In this document: positions 38,456-38,900 of the stretch, piece after piece
How the letters are laid out: every line of letters starts with the position of its first letter
Position numbering within the stretch: position 1 is the first letter of the stretch
Source: a virus
Lineage: Duplodnaviria > Caudoviricetes
Virus record (IMG/VR): IMGVR_UViG_3300044477_000126
Coordinates: 1 to 38,900 of that record
Direction: 5' to 3' (one strand)
DNA length: 38,900 bases
Program-made: the position numbers and the translations under genes
Notes under the pieces: generated by a model
What the model saw: only the letters and a program-made list of their open reading frames with translations
The model's database searches: none
What the model was told of the DNA's origin: nothing

Positions 38456-38509
38456 AATTATTCTCCTCTAAAATTTATTTTATTTGTTTTGCTCACTTGC
38501 TATGATATT

Positions 38510-38547
38510 ATTATATAAAAAGTGCTTACATATGTCAACACTTTTTT
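38510..38547 (-). promoter_or_regulatory. Consensus sigmaA promoter with overlapping inverted repeat (copy 3)
   Basis: TTGACA (38533-38538), N17, TATAAT (38510-38515); core identical to 33793-33830. Confidence 0.9.
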
Positions 38548-38751
38548 TGAAACTTTTTTAATAAATTTCTTATTGCTTATTTTTAGATAATAATGTATAA
38601 TTACTTTATTGCAATAATTACAGTAAATAGTTAATTTATTTCTTAAATATTTTGAGCAGGTGAAGTAGTACTAAATAAAGCTATAAGGCGTTGAGTAAGT
38701 GTCTTATAGCTTTTATTGTTGTGTATAGAGTTCTTTTACTTCATCAAATAG

Positions 38752-38872
38752 AAATATTCTAGGTCTGGCCAGCTAAATATTCTAGGTCTGGCCAGCTAAA
38801 TATTCTAGGTCTGGCCAGCTAAATATTCTAGGTCTGGCCAGCTAAATATTCTAGGTCTGGCCAGCTAAATAT
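38752..38872. repeat. 23-bp tandem repeat x5 (second copy of 30-127)
   Basis: Units at 38752, 38775, 38798, 38821 and 38844. Confidence 0.97.
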
Positions 38873-38900
38873 AAGCATTAATCACAATATCTATAACATC

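Overview
Apparently complete ~38.7 kb AT-rich tailed-phage genome (siphovirus-type, probably infecting a Firmicute/Clostridia host, inferred from the SPP1-like head module, amidase endolysin and sigmaA-type promoters). Bases 1-155 recur at 38723-38900, consistent with a circular assembly. The + strand from 7165 to 30138 carries packaging, head, an accessory head/decoration cluster with a leucine-rich-repeat protein, neck, tail and lysis genes. The - strand carries early and replication genes: D5/P4-type SF3 helicase, a stand-alone primase-type Zn finger, ERF, ERCC4 nuclease, two unannotated AbrB-like regulators and many small ORFs. A divergent RecD2-like helicase and an iteron-type origin lie at 3603-5997. 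I see no integrase, CI-type repressor, DNA polymerase or catalytic primase. The most unusual items are: (1) a 4-TM/coiled-coil protein ending in a GntR-like winged HTH, directly beside a polarized array of 18 TTGTGAC(A/G) boxes, a candidate membrane DNA-tethering or segregation system; (2) a 16-bp asymmetric motif, TTTCTAYYTGATGAAG, in intergenic gaps around the whole genome, one copy fused to a variable 23-bp tandem repeat; (3) a 58-bp hairpin insertion with a 13-bp duplication that breaks an early gene; (4) tRNA-like T-arm mini-elements; (5) an LRR gene with an abrupt codon-usage switch. All calls come from visual motif recognition; no searches were run.
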